Positions 16,815 through 30,447 of a DNA stretch of 64,000 nucleotides are shown here, piece by piece. The notes under the pieces are model-generated. The model was not told the DNA's origin and did no database searches. It saw only the letters and a program-made list of their open reading frames with translations. The translations under genes and the position numbers were made by a program. The stretch spans positions 32,488,001 to 32,552,000 of the forward strand of contig OX597828.1 in assembly GCA_951406725.2 (NCBI GenBank), given 5' to 3'. How positions within the stretch are numbered: the first letter of the stretch is position 1; every line of letters starts with the position of its first letter. The DNA is from Octopus vulgaris (lineage: Eukaryota).

Positions 16815-17031
16815 CCAATTAAGGACTGAACACGAAAAGTGGACAGTCAACATGCTAGATATAAACATCAAATCGCCATTCTCCACAAAAGATTATGTTC
16901 TCAAATCAAACTCAGCACTTTGGTTTTGTGCTGAGTTTCATTTGAGAACATAATCTTTTGTGGAGAATGGCGATATGACGTCTATATCTAGCATGTTGAC
17001 TTTCCACTTGTCGTGTTCAGTCCTTAATTGG
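16815..17031. repeat. Fold-back palindrome (104-bp arms, 9-bp loop) embedded in (TA)n; MITE-like
   Basis: 16815-16918 is the reverse complement of 16928-17031 with about 6 mismatches. TA repeats lie on both sides. Confidence 0.9.
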
Positions 17032-17090
17032 TATATATATATATAAATATTTTAATCTTCGAATTCTTTTTTAATATGCTAGACCACTGG

Positions 17091-17181
<91 letters not shown>

Positions 17182-17440
17182 ATCTGGGTATGTCACACCC
17201 CACCACAACCGCATGAGAACTACAGTTGGTTTATTTACGTAGATTTAAATTATCAGCTGGGCTAAAGAAATCGATTCAGTAAATAGGAGACAAAATAACG
17301 AATGTTGATTCGATTTGTAAGACTAAAACTCTTCAGGTCGGTGATGAAGCATACTTGTAATCTAATGCCTATAACATTTTAAAGGTAAAAGTAATGAACG
17401 ATAGAATCACTGTCCCCCCTCTCTCTCTCTCTCTCGTTCT

Positions 17441-17710
17441 CTTCCTGTATATCTCTCCCACATCACCATCCACACAGGCACCCATCATCGCCCCTATCAT
17501 ATCATTGACTCCTTTACCTGCGCTTCTAGCAACGTCATTTACTGCATCTCCTGCTCTTTTTGTCCTTCTCTGTACATTGATCAAACGGGACACCGCTTGG
17601 CGGACGGGATTGTGGAGCTTCTCCAAGACATTAGGCTCGACAATGACACACCGGTCTCGCATCATTTCCGCTCTATAGGTCATTCATTAAAACACTTGTC
17701 TTTGTACAGG
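17441..17710 (+). pseudogene. Penelope-like element GIY-YIG endonuclease fragment
   Basis: The frame of 17477 reads GTHHRPYHIIDSFTCASSNVIYCISCSFCPSLYIDQTGHRLADGIVELLQDIRLDNDTPVSHHFRSIGHSLKHL. This fits the PLE pattern FTC.S.NVIY.I.C..C...YIG.T.R.L......PV..HF...H. Confidence 0.85.
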
Positions 17711-17961
17711 TATTGTATTTGCACAGGGGCCATCCAGACACCCAACTTCGCTGTGAACATGGAGTCAGTCTCCATAATTGACTGCAACTTCCAAAGACGG
17801 AACAGTGAAAAGGGGAGAAGAAAAAACGTTGGGTGTGAGAGAAAATCAGAAAGGATGAAGAATAAGAGAGGGAGATAAATAGACAGAAAAGAGACAGTAT
17901 ATATATATATATATATATGTATATTTGTGTATATATACATACCTATATACATATATATATA

Positions 17962-19580
17962 CAGTGGCGGCCAAAATTTTCAGAACGGCATTGTTTTCGT
18001 CAGAAAAGTAGATATAATTTTTTTAGGAAAGTTGTTTTATATTCTATAATTTTCACAGACAATAAATACAATATTATTTGTTATTGCCTGAGATTTTGGT
18101 GTAATTTGAGAGGATAATACAAAAGTTATGGATGATTTAGTGATTTACTGCAAACCCATGGCGGCCAAAATTGTCAGAACGGTTGCTTTTACTCCGTGTT
18201 TTAGTATATTTAACCGGCGAACTCTAATGTTTTGAATTTGTTTACGTGACGGCTCGTTTACTAAACATTAGTAAGAATATTTGCAGTGTACTTTGTTAAT
18301 ATAATGCCACTTACTCCTTTACCAATTCGTCAGCAGATTATTAAGCTTCGAAGGAAGGATAATTTAAGTATTGGATCTATTGCAAAGATTGTTAACAAGT
18401 TAAAAAGTGTTGTACACGGTATTCTTAAGGTCTACGATGTTTGTGGTTCGTGTGAAGCAAGAAAGTTTACAGGTAGGCCAAGGAAAACGACCAAGAGAGA
18501 AGATCGTGCTATGGTAAAGTTGGTTAAAAAGGACAGATTTAAAACTGCTGCTGCTGTTTCTCGGAAAATGAGCATTGTATTGAAGAAAACTTTATCTCGA
18601 AAAACTGTGTCTCGTCGTTTAGTTGAACATGACCTACAAGCAAGAGCACCTGCAGTGAAACCACTGATCAGCTCCAAGAATAAAAAAGTGTCGTCTTACC
18701 TTTGCAACCAAACATGTGTTGTGGTCTCAAGAAAAATGGCAAACGGAGCATTTCAGGGATGAATCTAAGTTTATTTTATTTGGCTCAGATGGGAAAAGGT
18801 ACGTTCGTAGAAAAGTAGGTGAAAACCTGTCGCCTAAATGCCTTAAGACTAGTGTTAAATTCGGTGGAGGAAGTGTCATGGTTTGGGGATGATATCTGGA
18901 GATGGTGTGGGCCCATTGGTGCGATTACATGGAAAGGTAAATGCAGGAGTTTATAAACAACTTGTAAAAGATCATGTCTTGTCTGTGCTGAGAAATTCAA
19001 CTAAGCGACCACCCATATTCATGCAGGAAAATGCCCCATGTCACAAGGCTAAGGTGGTCATGAACTTCCTCAAGGCGGAAAAGGTTATTGTTATGGATTG
19101 GCCTGCTCAAAGCCCAGATCTCAATCCTATTGAAAATGTATGGAATATTCTAGGAGAACGTTCGAAAGCCAGAAATCCTAAAACAACTGAGCAATTATGG
19201 AATGCCCTTCAGGAAGAATGGAATAAGATCACCGAGGAAGAAATTGAAAATTTAATTTCCTCATGCAGTCGAAGATGTCAGAGTGTGATTGAAGCTAAAG
19301 GGCTTCACACTAAATATTAAATAATTCCAGTATTCTCGGTCATTTTTTATTATTTTGTTTTTTTTTCAACCATTCTGATCATTTTTGCCGCCATGGGTTT
19401 TGCAGTAAATCCCTAAATCATGTATTATCCTCTCAAATTACACCAAAATCTCAGACAATAACAATTAATATTGTATTTATTGTCTGTGAAAATTATAGAA
19501 TATAAAACTACTTTGATAAAAACTTTATACATACGTTTCTGACGAAAACAATGTCGTTCTGAAAATTTTGACCGCAACTG
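17962..19580 (+). mobile_element. Tc1-family DNA transposon, near full length (1619 bp), IR/DR type, TA target duplication
   Basis: Ends are TA|CAGTGGCGGCCAAAATTTTCAGAACG and CGTTCTGAAAATTTTGACCGCAACTG|TA. TIRs lie at 17962-18185 and 19367-19580, with a transposase between them. Confidence 0.95.
18304..19320 (+). pseudogene. Tc1 (DD34E) transposase with two frameshifts
   Basis: Shows an HTH N-terminus and GRPRKTT, then FRDESKF...KFGGGSVMVWG in a shifted frame, then FMQENAPCH-34aa-SPDLNPIENVW...GLHTKY*. Frameshifts are at the A-run 18682-18687 and the G-run 18885-18888. The second catalytic Asp reads Glu. Confidence 0.92.
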
Positions 19581-19659
19581 TATGTATATACACATATATA
19601 CATATGTATATATGTGCGTGTATATATATATATATTTATATACATATATATGCAGATAT

Positions 19660-19750
<91 letters not shown>

Positions 19751-21151
19751 CATATATATGAACATCCGTTCATAAAAATACCCTGTTGATGTTGTTCACA
19801 TTCCAATGAAGGAGCCTTTGATCTTAGGTTAGAAAAGGCTCTTTCTCCATTGTTAAGGAATCTTGAAATGAATCTGAATGACATTCTTATATGCATGTAC
19901 ACGCACACACACATATTCAAATTGAGGGAATAAAGCTGGTAAAATCCAGGCTACATGTTCCCTGCCAAACAGAGTCTCAGAGGTACACCAGTAGGTACCC
20001 ATCAGGCCAGATATACCTTAGTTCAATGAAGGTTAAATTTTTGCCAAGCGATTCGAATTTCACTCGCAGGCGATTTGATCGAAATTGTGGTGGAACGCAC
20101 GGAGTTAGACAACAATAATATTTATATAAACACAGGTAAAAGGGTAATGTCCTGAAATAAAAACACTCGTTCAATAAAAAATGGAGCTAATTAATGAGAT
20201 GCAGAATGACATTAAGGTAATTTATACTGTAGCAGAAAAAGATAATGACAAATTTAGAATACGATAAACGTCGACAGTAATTAATGTGTGAAAGTGGGCA
20301 AAAGCTAGATTATAAGACAGAGAAATGTTGAATAAATACACATTATTCGTTGCAGTATGTCAGGACCATCTAGAGGTAGTGTAGTTGTTTAGTAAAGGAT
20401 TAAGGTGCCATCTTGTCGATCTAAGATGGCGGAGCGCAATTTCTCTTCCTCATATTACTTTATTCAATTTTTACGCATTCCCTTAAATAGCTTCCTCTTT
20501 CGCCATTTTTATATTTTTCATCTTGGTCTAATACTTAATTTGTGTGTGTGTGTGTGTGTTACTCCTCTCGTTCTCGTTTATCTGTTTTGTTGTTGCTGTT
20601 GTTGCTGTTCTTCTTATTTTTCTATTCCTTCTTTTCTTTATGTTTTCCTTATTCTCTATTCCTTTTCCTCTTCTTCGTCATCGTCAGATCCTTCAACGAA
20701 TTCTTCTTCTATTACATCTTATTTTCAATATCGGTTAACTATTTCCTAGAATTTTTCGTCGTCTTCCACCGCTTCTTTCTCTCCCCTTCTTCCCTCTCCC
20801 GTTCCTCTTTCACCCACTTCTTTGCTTTACCCTACGTATTTTACTTATCTCATAGCCATGAGTTCTAAAACTGATCAGTTGCTGTATAAGAAACCGATTC
20901 GTTGATGCCATACTATCAAATCCAAATGCTCTTCTTAAACTTCTATCGCCTCTTCAAGTTGAGGGTTTTATCTTTTCCCATTTCTTTCTTTCACGTAACT
21001 GCATTTATAGAATATTGGATTTAACTCCTTTTGTTCCAACTACCTCTTTGTGTAGGCGTTAACTTAATTAGATTAAAAAACATCCTTTAGCTAATTTTAA
21101 GAAGTAAGATATATAAAAACTGACATACACATACACGTGTTTCTGTGCCTC

Positions 21152-21208
<57 letters not shown>

Positions 21209-21242
21209 GCATGTATATGTATATGTGTGTGTATACGTATGT

Positions 21243-21274
<32 letters not shown>

Positions 21275-21319
21275 TGATAGATAGATGCGTACATACATAC
21301 AACTATATATATTTCTTTT

Positions 21320-21367
<48 letters not shown>

Positions 21368-22620
21368 AAGAGATAGAGAGAGAGAGAGAGATGAACGCGA
21401 GTGTATGCATGATATAAATACCATGCATATGCGTAACACGTGAAACTATGATGATCTCTGTCACGATATATATGCACGGTTGTATCTTAATTTAATGTAG
21501 TACAGTTAAAAGTAAAACACAAAAGGAATTACTGTGAAAAGGGGAACAAAATTAAAATACAAAATATATGAAAATAAATCTGTGTTATGGAAAAAATTAG
21601 GAAAATTTACTCCGGAATGAAACCTTACCGAGAAATGTTCATATATCTTTTTTATATATATAACATCAAAAGATATAATACGTACATAGTATACGCATGA
21701 TGGAAATGCATTTCCCTGCTTCAGTTTCGATTTAACATTTTCATTTCAATCTCACGCGAAAAGAGGACTTAGATTCTTTTTAAAAAAATTGATATATACT
21801 CAGGTGTATATATCAGTGTTTTTGTTAATCTCGACAAGCTTTGTGTTAATACGAGCGAGTGTGTTTTTGTTTGTATTTCTATGAATATTTGTTTTTTGTG
21901 CGTACGCGATAGAGCTTTGATGTGTTCAATATTAGACATTAGTTTTCTGAATGAGTCTCCGCATTGCTTGTGTGATATGTGTATGCCTGTGGTCTTGTAC
22001 ATGTGTGTTTGTATCTGTGTTTGTATGGTTAAGGTGTTTTCGCAAGAAAACTTTTATTTTTTTGTATATGAAAATTTTGAAATTATGTTTTCGTGTCGAT
22101 AACATACAGAACAGTATTCAGTCACTGTGCGACTTCTAGGCTTCAGGAATATAAGGAATTGAACTAAAAAATTCGGGATTGCGAGGCCATACTTGTCGAA
22201 AGTGTTTTGCTCTACAATTGATCGTGTTGACAAAATTCTCAGAGCAAATAAAAAAGAAATACAGATTTTAAGTTTAAAAGTATACATATGCATAAGTTTA
22301 TCTAGGTGGGCATCAGTATGCAGACACCTGAACACACACTAATATATAATACATCATACACACAGAAACAGAAAAGCACATGCTTACACACTACACTCAT
22401 CCATATACATACAGACAGACGCATACATATAGATGTGTGTGTGTGAGGGTGGGGTCTATATATATTTATATATCTATCTATCCTTATATATATGTATGTA
22501 AAAAATACAAACTGGGACAAGAACGCAAAACATTTAGAAGACGATACAAAAAACACGGACGGGACATTCGAAGCCTTCAATCTTCAGTCAAGAACCGGAT
22601 CTTCCTCGCAATTTCGGCTG

Positions 22621-22668
<48 letters not shown>

Positions 22669-22885
22669 AGAGAGAGAGAGACAGAGAGAGACGGAGATAA
22701 TAGAAATAGGTTTCAACGAAGAAATACTACACATGGTATAAATAGGCGAAAAGTAAAAAGAAAACTAAGAAAACCCATATTAGATATAAAAAGATAAGGG
22801 TTTTTTAAAGAAAGGCAAAGGTAAATGCATGCAATTAGATGGTTTGAGGTGGAATTATGAAGTAGAAAAATCATTATTATGTATA

Positions 22886-22965
22886 GGCGCAGGAGTGGCT
22901 ATGTGGTAAGAAGTTTGCTTTCCAACCACGGTTTCAGTCCTACTGCGTGGCACCTAGGGCAAGTG

Positions 22966-23027
<62 letters not shown>

Positions 23028-23302
23028 ATGTGTGTATGTATGTGTGTGTATGTATGTATGTATGTATGTATGTATGTATGTATGTATGTATGTATACGTC
23101 TGTGTTTGTCGCTCCACCATTGCTTGACTACCGATGTTGGTGTGTTTACATCCCCGTAACTTAGCGGTTAGTCAAAATAAGAACGAAAGAATAAGTACTA
23201 GGCTTACAAAGAATAAGTCCTGAGGTGGATTTGTTCGCCTAAAGGATGTGTTCCAGCATGGCCGCAGTCAAATAATTGAAACAAATAAAAGAATAAAAGA
23301 AT
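22886..23302 (+). mobile_element. SINE family B with internal microsatellite (partial internal deletion)
   Basis: Head GGCGCAGGAGTGGCTATGTGGTAAGAAG, then (TA)n(TG)n(TATG)n, then a tail ending CCAGCATGGCCGCAGTCAAATAATTGAAACAAATAAAAGAATAAAAGAAT. It matches 50293-50724. Confidence 0.85.
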
Positions 23303-23995
23303 ATCATTATTGAGATTCAAAGTCATAGCGTTATGATTTGTACGAGAGCCGACGTAGTACTGTATATATCTGTATGTATGCATTCATATAGAGACACACA
23401 GACCACACACACTCAAATGCAGAAGAGGCGTTCTGTGTATATAATACTTTATACATTTACAATTTATCACGGTTCATCTCTACCCGCAACAATTTCCTTG
23501 TGAAGTAATGTGCTAACTGCACAGTGAAGTAGAAACTACGAATTAATCCACGTGCTCCTTTTTCCTTTCACAACCACATATTGTAATGTTATGCAGTGTG
23601 AGAACGTGTAATGTGTTGGCTTGAATATTTCAGTAAGTGGTATTTTTTCATCCAGAGATTGATTTCTACCAGACTTTTTCATGTTTAAACTTAGCTATGT
23701 TTCGACCATAGTCCATGTCTAACTTAATTGCTCCACATTATAGAACCTATTAAGTCACTTTTAAGTCAAGTTTTGTGGTGTTACGGTGTATACGAGGAAG
23801 TATTTGTTGTTGAGTGAGATGTAATCAGGTATAGGTGGTCTGTTTAGTGCGCCTTGTGGAAAGTTTTCCAGATATCGTTTGTATGTGATGTGGTCATTTT
23901 TTCTTTGCTTTGTTTGGTGACAATATTAAAGAGACCGAGACCTGTTTAGCGTTTGTAGCAATGTCACAGTCTCATATCATTATTATTACATTAGA

Positions 23996-24388
23996 GGCGA
24001 GCTGGCAGAAACGTTAGCACGCCGGGCGAAATGCTTAGCGGTATTTCGTCTGTCGCTATGTTCTGAGTTCAAATTCCGCCGATGTCGACTTTGCCTTTCA
24101 TCCTTTCGGGGTCGATTAAATAAGTACCAGTTACACACTGGGGCTGATATAATCGACTTAATCCGTTTGTCTGTCCTTGTTTGTCCCGTCTGTGTTTAGC
24201 CCCTTGTGGGTAGTAAAGAAATAGGTATTTCGTCCGTCTTCACGTTCTTAGTCCAAATGCCGTCAGGATCGAATTTACTTTCATCCTTTCGGAGTCGATA
24301 AATAAAGTACCAGTTACTGGGATTGATGTAATCGACTGGTCCTCTCCCCCCAAATAGCAGGCCTTGTGCCTCTAGTAGAAAGGATTAT
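23996..24388 (+). mobile_element. SINE family A, full-length dimeric-core form
   Basis: A-box-like TGGCAGAAACG and B-box GAGTTCAAATTCC. The core TTTCATCCTTTCGG.GTCGAT.AA.T.AGTACCAGTTAC occurs twice, and the 3' end is GGCCTTGTGCCTCTAGTAGAAAGGATTAT. Confidence 0.9.
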
Positions 24389-25612
24389 GGTCACGTTGGG
24401 AAAGTTCGAAGAATCATTAGATCATCAGTAAAATGCATCTCCGATATCTATTTCAACTCTTTATTTTCTGATTTCAAATCACATTGATGTCAACTCCAAC
24501 TTTCATTTAAGGTCAATAAAATACCAGTGAGGTGTCGGGGTCGATGACATCGAGAAAACCCTCTTCTCGTAATTAGACTTACGTCTCCGTGAGAAACTAA
24601 AATTATCCACTTTGTCCTCCTGGTCTCCTCAAACACACAGAATTTATAGAAGCTCTAAATACTTACTTTACTGAGCCCTTTAAATGATAACAGACGGCAT
24701 TCAGAGAAAATCTGCGGACCAGGTAGAATTTCATTCTATTATATTCTGAGGACACATCTTTCCAAAGCCAAATCCCTTTGCATCCTCTTGTGTCGATAAG
24801 TAAAGTATCAGTCAAGTAAAAGGATCGATTCGATAATATATTTCTTCAGAAAACTGGGGTGTTGCACCAGTGTTATAAATCAATATTTATATGTAAAGGA
24901 GATCACAAATGATAGGTGTCAATAATAATAGACAAGCGACTTGGTCGATAATCGACCAAGATATCGATACAATATACTCCAAACTGAATTATATTTCTAA
25001 TATAGATTCTATGGACCAGTAACACGACTAATTTGAATTCTATATTTTATATTGCAATTTATTATTATTTACTACACTTATTTGATTTACCGATATCGGA
25101 GAAAATCTGTGGCAAATTTGTGTTAGGAACTAGGCGGAGAAATGTAAGAATATTATGTAATGTGAAAACATCTATTCTGGCATTCATTCTGCTTCTGCTC
25201 ATAGTATGATTTCTTAATTATATTAGTGGTGCGGAGTGATCTGAGGGAAGTTGTGGTGTTTAGTATTTATTATACGAATATTTTTTAGTTTTGTTTTTTA
25301 ATGTTATGACATATTCTGTCTTTTGTAATAATACAATAGATGCTCAATATAACACTAAACTTCTGTTGTAGTTAACCTCGTTTCAGTTCTGATTAAATAG
25401 AATTCTAATCAATGGTTTTCCAACAGTTATGACCAATCCATATTCTTCTGTTTCTAGGACTGCATTATGTAACGTGTTCTAGTTTTCAAGGCAGCAAACA
25501 ATTACCCCACACCCAGGCACCAAATTCCACTGATACTCCAACAGGGCGAGCGACCACTCAAAATCAACCTCATATACTCGACATAATTCTGATACATTTT
25601 GCAGATGATATG

Positions 25613-26110
25613 CAGGGTGTATTCCAGAGGTGTTGAGACTTTTTCAAGAAAGACATTTCTTAATATCAAAGAAATACAAACTCAAATGTCATTCAAAGTA
25701 TGATCTTCTAACTTCAATGCACTTCTTGTTTGTTCCAGCCACTTTATGAAGCCCCCTTAGAATTCCTGCAAAGGGTACGTATCCAGGGACTTTGTCATAG
25801 CCTTTCTAATCTTTTCAATGTCTTCAAAACGACTGCCGCTGATGTTTTCCTTCACCTTGGAGACAATGGTTTGGGTGATGGACAGTTTGAATACCCATCT
25901 CTCTAAAAGAGTAGGCTAACCGACATGTAATTGTTTTGGTGCAGATGCGCTGGCCTTTTTCGAATAAATCTCTTCCTGAACGCCCTCAAGACCTCCACGA
26001 ATTAGTCATTGTTGACCTTTTGGCTAAAGGGAACTCAGTGGATCTAGATAATGTCCTTGCTCTCGAAAAAGCGGATCATCATGTACTTCCCGTTGGAGTT
26101 GTTTGGCGTT
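25613..26110 (-). pseudogene. Decayed mariner transposase C-terminal half
   Basis: The minus strand translates GKYMMIRFFESKDII*IH*VPFSQKVNND*FVEVLRAFRKRFIRKRPAHLHQNN and PKVKENISGSRFEDIEKIRKAMTKSLD...KCIEVRRSYFE*. Both are typical mariner motifs, with multiple stops. Confidence 0.8.
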
Positions 26111-26331
26111 TCCCCCTGTGAAAGCAACAAACTGTTGCTCGGCTAATACAGGTTAAAGCATAAGCAGTCTCGAGCTTTTCATAAGTTTTAGTATCATCTT
26201 TGCTCAGTATGACACAAAATGTTTATTGAATAACCAGCTACCAAATTGTCTTTCCGTCCCGACTGCATTCTGCAAACTGTGACAAGCAGTGTTTCGCAGC
26301 ATTTGTTCAAAGTGATGTCATATCTCTCTCT

Positions 26332-26386
<55 letters not shown>

Positions 26387-26974
26387 TCTTTCTCCTTCAA
26401 TCTGCAATAATAAAGGTTGGCTAGTCAGCTTATTGAAGGTGTAGTAATGATGCATTAAAACTGCAATAATCTAGGATAGGATTGTCTAAGAATGCAAATA
26501 GTATCGTAATATTATACTGTAGCCGTTCATCTTGAAGAGATTTGTGGACCTCATATGTCAAACATATAAGATTACCTTTCATTTCTCTGCGTGAACTAAA
26601 CCTACATCACACATTTAGAGTAGTATATATTAAAATAGTGAATAAAACATGCATCGATTTATAAATGCGGATGCCACCAGTACGGTTTTATTAACATCCA
26701 CTTATCTTCTCTTGACCACTAAGCCTAACGTAATATTTCACGCAAACACACACACGCACATACATAAACACACACATACACAAGCAGACAAACACACACA
26801 TAATCTCACGCATACACACATTCACACACACATAAATAAAACATAAATATGCATTTATCTGTACAATTGTGATTACTTTTTGTCAAACCTAATATAGGTA
26901 GATAGATAGAGAGAGAGGGGGGTGGATAGATAGATAGATACATACATACATAAATAGAGTGAGAGAGATGAGTG

Positions 26975-27045
<71 letters not shown>

Positions 27046-27136
27046 GGATATATTGATAGATAGATAGATAGATAGGCAGGTAGGTTGGTAGGTAGGTAGG
27101 TAGGTAGGCAGGCAGTCATACAGACACACAGACAGG

Positions 27137-27204
<68 letters not shown>

Positions 27205-30200
27205 CAGACAGAGAAAGTGAGAGATAAATGAGTTAAGAGTTGTTATTTTTCTCAGGTTCGTTAAACACACAGTGAAGTATCACGCTGAAGCGTAATTTTA
27301 TATTGGTCACTTGGTAAGTAAGAATTAGCAATTAGTTCACCCGGGTCATTCTCCATAGTCTTAAAAATGGAAGAACACATTATACGTAGTCTATATAGAA
27401 CTAAATTTCCAAAATTCCGTGTGGTCAATACTGGAGCACCTTTGAGTATTTATCTTAAATTAGGGTTGATTAGAGGTCGATCTACAGTAGTAATTTAGAA
27501 TTACATTGAAGATCTGCTTTAGTATTACAACAGACAAAAATGCTGCAACACTATTAATTTCAAAATAAATAACAAAAATACCAGCTAAGAACACTAAAAT
27601 TCTAAACTTTCCTTCAGGTCACGCCGTGCCTCTTACATAGTAAATAACCAGTGTATGATGTGTACCCCACCTGGTACTGAAATTACTGTCGTTGTTTTTG
27701 ATTAGGCTCAGGTCCGATTGCATTGAGAGGTGTGACGAACAAAAGTAATCCAACCGGGACCATCCTCACATTTGTCCTACGTTAAGTGCAACGGAGACCG
27801 CGTACTCAAATGTTGTCTTCTGTGTGCAGATTGGCTATATTTTAAGAGTCATTTGTTTGATATTGCTTGCTGTTTGATTTACCACACTGCAGTTTCATTG
27901 GTAGTTTAGTTGAATACATGAAATATTTTATCTATATGGTATTTAGATTTAATTTGGAACAACACAACTGTACTCACGTATCCGAGGCATTTTATAGAAT
28001 AACAATGATCCGGACATCTGCTGTTATATCATTTGATTCAGTACCTTTCCGATAACCCAGAAGATTCTTATGTGAAATTCGTATCATAAAATACATTTGA
28101 AGGCATGTTTTATACATCAAAGGACATTCTCAGTGAAAATAGCTCTGTTTCAAATCAGAAACATTGTTTCAAAAACAAATACCAATTTTCAGTGCAGTGA
28201 GGCAGTCAGAGTGCTGTCATCTACTCTGAGAGTTTTTGTTGCTGTTTTTTTTTTTGTTGGAGCTGCTGAACACTAAGTCGGCCCTAATTAGTCGAAAGCC
28301 CGAGGGAAGTCATTGTACATTTGGAAATACCACGCTTTGTTAATCTAGCACTATTATCTCAAATGTGTCCTCCTTGATTTATGAGGTCAAGATGGAAGTT
28401 GAGTGAATGCTGCTACTATTTCTCACTGGCAAGGCTCCTACACTGCTCGTGATAAAGTGTTCCACTTTTGCCGGATTCAGGGACAAAATACGTTGAAATG
28501 TGCTTTGACGTCCAGATGTGAAAATAAATTTTCACTATAATATGTAAAAGCATGCATCTCGCCTCTCTTTTTAAAGAACCGTTTTCTTCCACCATTTTCA
28601 ACACAGTGAATAAGCTGCAACTATCAATTTACTCATTCACCTTCAACGCAAGTGGATTTTAATGCAGCTTTTCCTCTATCTGAAGCCGAAAAAATATAAC
28701 AAGTATTCAATAGACATGATATTTGGAGTTTAGAATTACAGCCTCGATTCAAACTAGCACAAACAATATAAAATACGAGAAATTCTTATTCTAAACTTTT
28801 CAATTCATTTTTTAATGCTAAACTCATGCATTAAATAAGAAAAAATAAAGAAATATATTCAATCTTCCTCCAAGCAAATGGTTCAGCAAATGAAAATTTG
28901 AACATAACCACATTTTGTAACAATATGATGTTTCTGGAAGCTATAGCTATCTTTAAAAAATAAAGAATTTACTGCAAGTTTTACTGACAGTAGTTTACTC
29001 GAAATCTCGACTAGCATATACGCTATATATTATTTAGAGATATAACTTCGAAACTAAATCAGAAAATGTCTCACGTTGTTCATAAATAAACTTAAACAAT
29101 CGCTACAACGTACGAGTAGCAAAAGCAAAGAGCACGGTATTAGTAGAGAAAATAATGGAATCGAAGCAAATTAAAGATGGCCTGTGTCGGACATGAAGCA
29201 TTTAAACATTTACAAAGTGGGATGAATAAATTTGTCTTTAAGAAGGGGAATGAGATAGCATTTTTGCAGGAACGTTCATCACGGAGAAATGTTTTCCGGT
29301 AGTATTGATGGTACTGAATGGAGTAAATTAAATAGGAAGTCGCTTTAAATAGGCATCTATGCATTCTGTGTCATCAGAAACTATAACTATATATTTAAGG
29401 GTTCTGATCTAAACGTTAAAATTTTCACTTCCTCACAAGAAAACAATTTATTACACTATTGATCAGTATAATAGTATTAGGCCGGTATATTTTAAATCAA
29501 TCTAATAATGTTATTCTTAGATTTCTATTGATTTATTTCATTTTCAACGTTTTATTGCTGCGAACATTAGGGTAATTTGTTAAATGACTGCAGATAAATT
29601 TGGCTTGTCAAATATCTTTCGATTTACAGAGAGAGAAATGTGAAGTATTATTTAAGGCTTTAGTGAGGAAATTAAATTTGTTTTTATATTTGATACTACA
29701 AGTGTAAGTTGAGCTATTGCTCAGTTCTTATTAAGTGTTTTAAAAACAAATCACTCATGTGAGGCCCATTGATTTCAAGAAATATCTTTTCTTTCTATTT
29801 ACTTGGGACTATAAGGTAACTATTAAATTCTATTAGTTTTTAGTCATGAATCCTTCCATGAACGTTAAGCCACGAGAATCCAAACAATGGTCGTATATTC
29901 ATCCTTAATTCCGGTAGAGACGAACGTGAGTTTGGTAATCATTGTGGCGTTTCTTCTCCTTTAAGATGAATGTTTGCAAATAACACACGATTCATTAGCA
30001 AAAGCTATTTTATGACAACCATTATTTGCACATTGTTGTATATTGTAAATCAGAAATTCCTTCACACCAATGATAACTGTCGCTTAATTCACTGGTCTCG
30101 GGTTGCTTCTGGCTGACGCGATTCAAAGATATTGAAATACCGGATGGTTTAGAATCCTTGATGCTAAGGAACCTAGAGTAGTATGAAAACACGTTCCTCG

Positions 30201-30447
30201 TAAAGGACAGGTTGCTCTCCGATGACGAAGGACAACAGCGTTTAACATATTCACATTCAAATCTGCCCAGACGGAATAAGAATAAATATCAAGAATGTAT
30301 TAATATTCAGGCAATAAATACGTCACATGCATCATGTCCTATAACACTCGCACAATACACAATGCATTTCTATTTCAAAAGAACTTTTCTAATTATTACC
30401 TATTCCTATCCTAATATTTGGGAGCTTTATACGTACATTGAAATTAT

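Noticed and set aside
16820-16850. CUGAACA...GGAAAGUC hammerhead-like words in the palindrome arms
   Set aside because: Positions 3 and 8 would be C:C, and no cleavage triplet followed by stem I is in register.
22500-22625. Minus-strand CAGCCGAAAUUG and CUGAAGA words, possibly a PLE-like terminal remnant
   Set aside because: The motifs are in the wrong order or truncated by (TA)n, so no complete ribozyme can be drawn.
25330-28420. Several weakly similar ~150-bp segments (about 25370, 27690 and 28250) suggesting an old repeat family
   Set aside because: Similarity is too low to fix boundaries by eye.
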